Of a stretch of DNA of 64,000 nt, positions 58,791 to 64,000 are shown piece by piece; the stretch's first letter is position 1; every line of letters starts with the position of its first letter. The notes below the pieces were generated by a model that was not told the origin of the DNA, did no database searches, and was given only the letters and a program-made list of their open reading frames with translations. The DNA is from Octopus vulgaris (taxonomy: Eukaryota), in the NCBI GenBank assembly GCA_951406725.2, contig OX597818.1, positions 109,678,001-109,742,000 of the forward strand, given 5' to 3'. The translations under genes were made by a program, and so were the position numbers.

Positions 58791-59422
58791 TGAAAGAATT
58801 TACTGAGGATAACATTTCTCCCTACCATCTCTTCCTTTCAACGATAAACTCGAAAAAGTAGAAGAGAGTTTGGCCGAGGGAGAATGTGCCGTCTTCAATC
58901 CTTTCAACCGCACTACCTCATTCGCCTCAGATAAAAGAAGGCGGCGGGGGCGATTTTCACAATATGCTCGGCTGGCAAACGGATTCGACTTACCCATCAC
59001 GACGACGACGACGACGACGACAACAACAACAACAACAATAAAGAAACGCAGAGGCGTTTAACATTCAGAGAACGCTACTTGACAGAAAAATATCAAATAA
59101 CAACAATCAAAAACAACGAACGGACTCTAAGAAATGTCAAAAATACCGAAAATAAATGTGAAAATAACTTATTGATATTTAAATCGCATAATTAATTTAT
59201 TACGAATATCTAAAATAGCTGGCGATCTTATCATGTGCTATCAAACGATCGGCGCACGGTTCATATAAACAACAGACTCTTTTCCTCTCTCCACTAAAAA
59301 ATAGCAAATTTTATAAGTAAAAACCGACGATTATTAGTAAGAAAATCCGAAGTCTGAGTGCGAACATAAAATGACGAAGTATGGCGTATGCAAGTAAACC
59401 ACAAACCCGACAAAAATATTAA

Positions 59423-59793
59423 TCTTTATATATATAAAGCTGAAGTTGTCTGTATGGCAGGTTTGGTAGCCTTCAATTAACACTATCTCCTCCAAGACCT
59501 TGCGGCGCAAGTTGACCAAAATTGAGAGTATGATAGAAGAAGGCTTGCTCTTCCTTCCGTAGAAGAAAAAATTCAAATCGGACCATGTTAACATAAAAAA
59601 TTATTTACATAAAAAAGGTTCTTTTTTTTTACGATTTTTTGACTACTGTGTCGCTATTTTTCGGTGTATTTCAACCAGAAAAATGTTCACTTAAAGAGAA
59701 TAACAAGCTACATAATGCAAAACTTTTACTTTTCAAAAATTCCTATTCTAAAGGGTTGAAACAAACCCGAGCAACGCCGGGCGATACTGCTAG
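59423..59793 (+). mobile_element. Non-autonomous Helitron (371 bp)
   Basis: A|TCTTTATATATATAAAG 5' end; CCCG..CGGG hairpin; CTAG|T 3' end. Confidence 0.85.
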
Positions 59794-61375
59794 TTACCTA
59801 GTAAAGACAAAGTATATTAAAGATTTACAAAGATATTGTGCCTTACTTTTTGTGTTAGCAGTGCGATGTGCTCATTTTAGTCTATCATTCTAGATTGTCT
59901 ACAAAACTCGGTGCTGGCTCTGAATTCTATAGAAAATATGTAGAGATAAATCTAAATGAATAATTATTTAAATAGGACTGTTTCTTTGGATCATACAGGA
60001 AGATGTAAAATCCGGCAAACAGGAAGGTGTAAAAACAAAGCAGAAAAGGCATAATGGGACACTTAAAGCATATCTTACTGCCATACTCTTCTAAGACAGG
60101 TAAACCAAAAGAATACCAAGAATCAAAATAGAAAACCGTTTCTACAAATAAAAAAACGCAAAATAAACAAGACAAACAAAAATATAAAACACGTACAAAA
60201 TGAATAATGAAACAATAAAACGAAATGATTAAATAGTGACCAACAAAAACTGAAAGTGTTAATATGGACAAGAATATAGATATAAAGAAAGTTGAAGAAT
60301 TGGAATTTCCAAAGATGATGTTATTCATGAACATGTCAATCTAAATAATTAAGGAATGTTTTCCAAAGATGTTTTCCAAAGATAAAACTCAAAATTAAAA
60401 TGCCTGCAAGCATAAAAGGAACAGTCTGGCCTCCACAGACTGAATACAAAGAAGAACGTCCGTATCCCCGAGTTAAACGAAATAATGTATGCAGCAGTGA
60501 CAGTAGTTACAAAGAAATATGGGTCTTCACTTAGATTTGAATACAAAGGATATAAAATATACACACAAAAATACACCTATTAAAAACAAACATATAAAAG
60601 GAGACCAGAATAAGAAAGAAAAGTGCTTCAAGTCTCAAGAAAATTATAAAAATGGAAAAGAGAAATATGACAAAACAAAAAAAGAATTAACCAAAATGAA
60701 AGGAAATTTGAAAGAAGAGATTCTCATTAAATCACGAAGAATAGGCGCAGGAGTGGAGGTACGGTAAGAGGTTTGTTTCCTAACCACATGGTTTCGGGTT
60801 CAATCCTACCACGTGGCACCTTGGTACCTTTTAGTTTAGCAAAGTTTTAGTTGAGCAAAGTTTTGTGAGTGGATTTTGTTGACAGAAACTGAAAAAGCCG
60901 TCGTGTGTGTTTGTATTTGTTCCCCCACCACCGCTTGATAACCAGTGCTGGTGTGTCCCCGTAACATAGCAGTTCGGCAAAAGAGCTCGATAGAATAAGC
61001 AGCAAGCTTAAAAAATAAGTCTTAGGGTCGATTGCTTCGACTAAAATTCTTCAAGGCAGTGCTCCAGTATGGCCACAGTCTAATGGCTGCAACAAGTGAA
61101 AGAATAAAAGCAGAGTTGTGTGTTCAAACAATTCTCGCTTCGACACTTCTTTACTTCCGCTTCTCCATCAAAAAGACTTCCGTTGCTATTCTTTAATACA
61201 ATGTCTAACCGATCGAGCAAACGTGTTCAATGTCATTCGAATCGCAACAAACCTATTTTTATTTTCGAAAAAAGGGCGTAGAACATGATTTAAGGGAAAT
61301 TCAACTGCTATTTCTCACAGGTTGAACTCGTTATTGTTGTTTTATCTGTGGCTTTCACACAAAGCTGCTCTAACA

Positions 61376-61811
61376 GGCGAGCGAGCTGGCAGAAACGTTA
61401 GCAGGCCGGGCGAAATGATTTGCAGTGTTTCGTCTGTCGTTACGTTCTGAGTTCAAATTCTGCCGGGGTCGACTTTGCCTTTCATCCTTTCAGGGTCGAT
61501 AAATTAAGTACCAGAAATGCACTGGGGTCGATGTAATCGACTTAATCCCTTTGTCTGTCCTTGTTTGACCCCTCTATGTGTAGCCCCTTGTAGGCAATAA
61601 AGAAATAAGAAACGTTAGCATGCTGGGTGAAGTGCTCAGCGGTATTTCGTCAGTCTTTACGTTCTGAGTTCAAATTCCGCCGTGGTAGATTTTGCCTTTC
61701 ATTCTTTCGGGGTTGATAAATTTAGTGTCTGTTGCGTACTGGGGTCGATTTAATCGACTTGTCCCCTCCCCCCAAAATTCCAGGCCTTGTGCCTGGAGTA
61801 GAAAAAAATAA
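61376..61811 (+). mobile_element. SINE A heterodimer with a single TSD
   Basis: Flanks AAAGCTGCTCTAACA / AAAGCTCCTCTAACA; two units with different tails. Confidence 0.85.
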
Positions 61812-63119
61812 AAAGCTCCTCTAACAGACTCGGCTCACAAAGTGATTGTTTTTTGCTGCACTTACAGTTGTTGTTGTTGTTGTTGTTTTTGTTGTTATGC
61901 CTTTTAGAAAATACAGAAATTTAAAAAAATTAATGACCCGTAATTTGCTGAAAACAACTGAATGTGTTTTGACATCAACTCAAAGAAGATAATTATAAAT
62001 TGCATAAAAGTTTTTTAATGCATTAATCTTTTTTTTTCTATTTTTAGAAAATTGTTTTGTATTTATTGGCAATATCAGACACAAATGACTGGATTATCAA
62101 TTAAACTAAAATCGTTTCGAGAAAACGAACGAACAATCAAAAGTCACGTAGACCGAGTGACGCCAAAAGACATTTCTCAACACACTCACACATACAAAGC
62201 GAAGACAAACTCATACAGCTAGAAATAGTGCGAGTAAAGCCATTAGCTTCTGATGTTTTTGCATTGGACCTGTGTTAATTTTCTGTACAATGTTAATTGT
62301 AAAGGCAGCAGGTCTTTAAAAAAAGGTGAAAGACATTAAAAGAAGACTTATAGTTTTTATCGTTGAATGGGAGAAATATACACCGTCCGTGAACCTTACC
62401 ACACACACATACACACGCAATTATAGTATAAGATATGAATTCATAGAATCGTGTGGCTTTCACACAAAGCTCCTCTAACAGACTCGGTTATCAGACCACA
62501 CAGTAATTCAATACGAAGAAATGTAATGCAGAATGTCTACGCAGCTAAAACCCAGAAGATCTGATCGATAAAGTTGTTTCACGAGGAGTATATAAACCAT
62601 AAAAAGTCAGGAACTATTATGAGAGGTGAATATATTTATTTCACCACTTGTTATCCTTAGGGTTGCGGCCGTTTCGCAAACTTATTCTTGTAATAATATT
62701 TTCAGTGTGGAAGAGATTGTGCTTACACGCTTGTATTAATATACATGCTTTGCATTATGCGATGCAATTTAAAGGTTTACAAATCAATGCAAATGTATAT
62801 ACAAAGAATAAACAACTGTAGAGGAAGTATATCAATGCGAACGTGTAAGCATAATTTCTTCCAGACTAAAATCATTACTACAAGAATAAGGCTGCGAAAC
62901 AGCCGTAACCTTAAGGATGTCAAGTTGTTACATAAATATATTCACCTTTCATACATCCTGACTTTTTATGGTACATGCACACACACGCACGTATGTATAT
63001 ATGTGTGTGTATGTGTGTGTATGTATATATATGTATGTGTATATATGCATATATATATATGTATATATATATATGGATATATATGATATATATATATATA
63101 CATGATAAATAGGTTTAGT

Positions 63120-63700
63120 GTATTGAGGGTGTTGTGAAATCTTCGTAGGTCTTCTTTTGGACTATCCCCCCAAATGAAGCAGTCATCGAGGTAGCGTTTT
63201 CACTTCTTCACAATGTTTTCTTTGACGTTGTGATCAGAGATTTCTCCTATTTCCTCGTAATATATATATACATACGACGAGCTTCTTTCAGTTTCCGTCT
63301 GCCAGATCCACTCACAAGGCTTTGGTTGGTCTGAGGCTATAGTAGAAGACACTTGGACCAAAGTGCCATGCAGTGGGACTGAAACCGGAACCATGTGGTT
63401 GGGAAGCAAGCTTCTTACCACACAGCCACTCCCGGTATATATTTAATTTCTGCGTGAATAATATATGATATAATAATAAGTAGCGCTGATATATCGATTG
63501 CTCGGCAGTTCTTTCGTGACAAAACAGAAGATGAATTTCCCCTGGCGGTGGTTAGAAGCTACATTGGAATAAAATATCACCATATTCTTCATTACTTTTC
63601 TCTTGAGGTTGCCGAAGTTTCCTGCTGTCCTCATAGCGATTGAAATCCAGTCCCTTGAGGAAGTTAATCATCCAAATTGTCATACAATTACTTGTCATAA
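63120..63700 (-). mobile_element. Penelope-like RT remnant interrupted by SINE B
   Basis: KK*KRYLDDCFIW..LRRFHNTLN (WxRYxDD motif) at 63120-63258; possible IAM(G)T motif near 63630. Confidence 0.6.
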
Positions 63701-64000
63701 AATATATCTATCTGCTGTTAGTTATTCGATAGTAATTAGACTGCGGTCATGCTGGGGCACCACCTTGAACGGTTTAGTGGAACAACTCGACCCCGGTACA
63801 CTTTTCTCCCCTAAAAATTCGACGTTTACTCCATTGGTCTCTTATGCCGAACCGCTACGACACGGAGATGTAAGCAAACCAACACCGGTTGTCAAGTGTT
63901 GGTGGACACACACACACACACATACATACAACGGGCTTTTTTCTGTTTCTATCTACCAAATCCACTCACAAGAGTTTGGCCGGCCCAAGGTGCCACGCAG

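Noticed and set aside
59990-60740. A-rich region with ELNEIMYAAVTVV, possibly an R4-like ORF N-terminus
   Set aside because: Too degenerate to call with confidence

Overview
AT-rich, microsatellite- and SINE-saturated eukaryotic (animal) genomic DNA. The repeat landscape resembles octopus/cephalopod genomes; that attribution is inferred, not proven. Most ORFs in the track are artefacts of simple repeats. One convincing host gene is present: a NUPR1/p8 stress-response homolog on the minus strand (CDS 14735-14953). It has a predicted non-coding first exon and TATA/CCAAT/E-box/AP-1 promoter near 21.2-21.5 kb, and a cluster of C/EBP-ATF (CARE) motifs about 8 kb further upstream. Mobile DNA comprises a nearly intact Ty3/Gypsy element (33193-37768) whose 5' LTR is replaced by a 65-bp fold-back of the U5 end, a deleted RepHel Helitron and several non-autonomous Helitrons, Penelope-like remnants with minimal hammerhead ribozymes (including a tRNA-headed, hammerhead-tailed SINE-like unit), R4/Dong-, RTE- and Tx1-like LINE remnants, hAT/mariner/Merlin-like MITEs and dozens of copies of two tRNA-derived SINE families. 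All calls were made by eye; no database searches were run.
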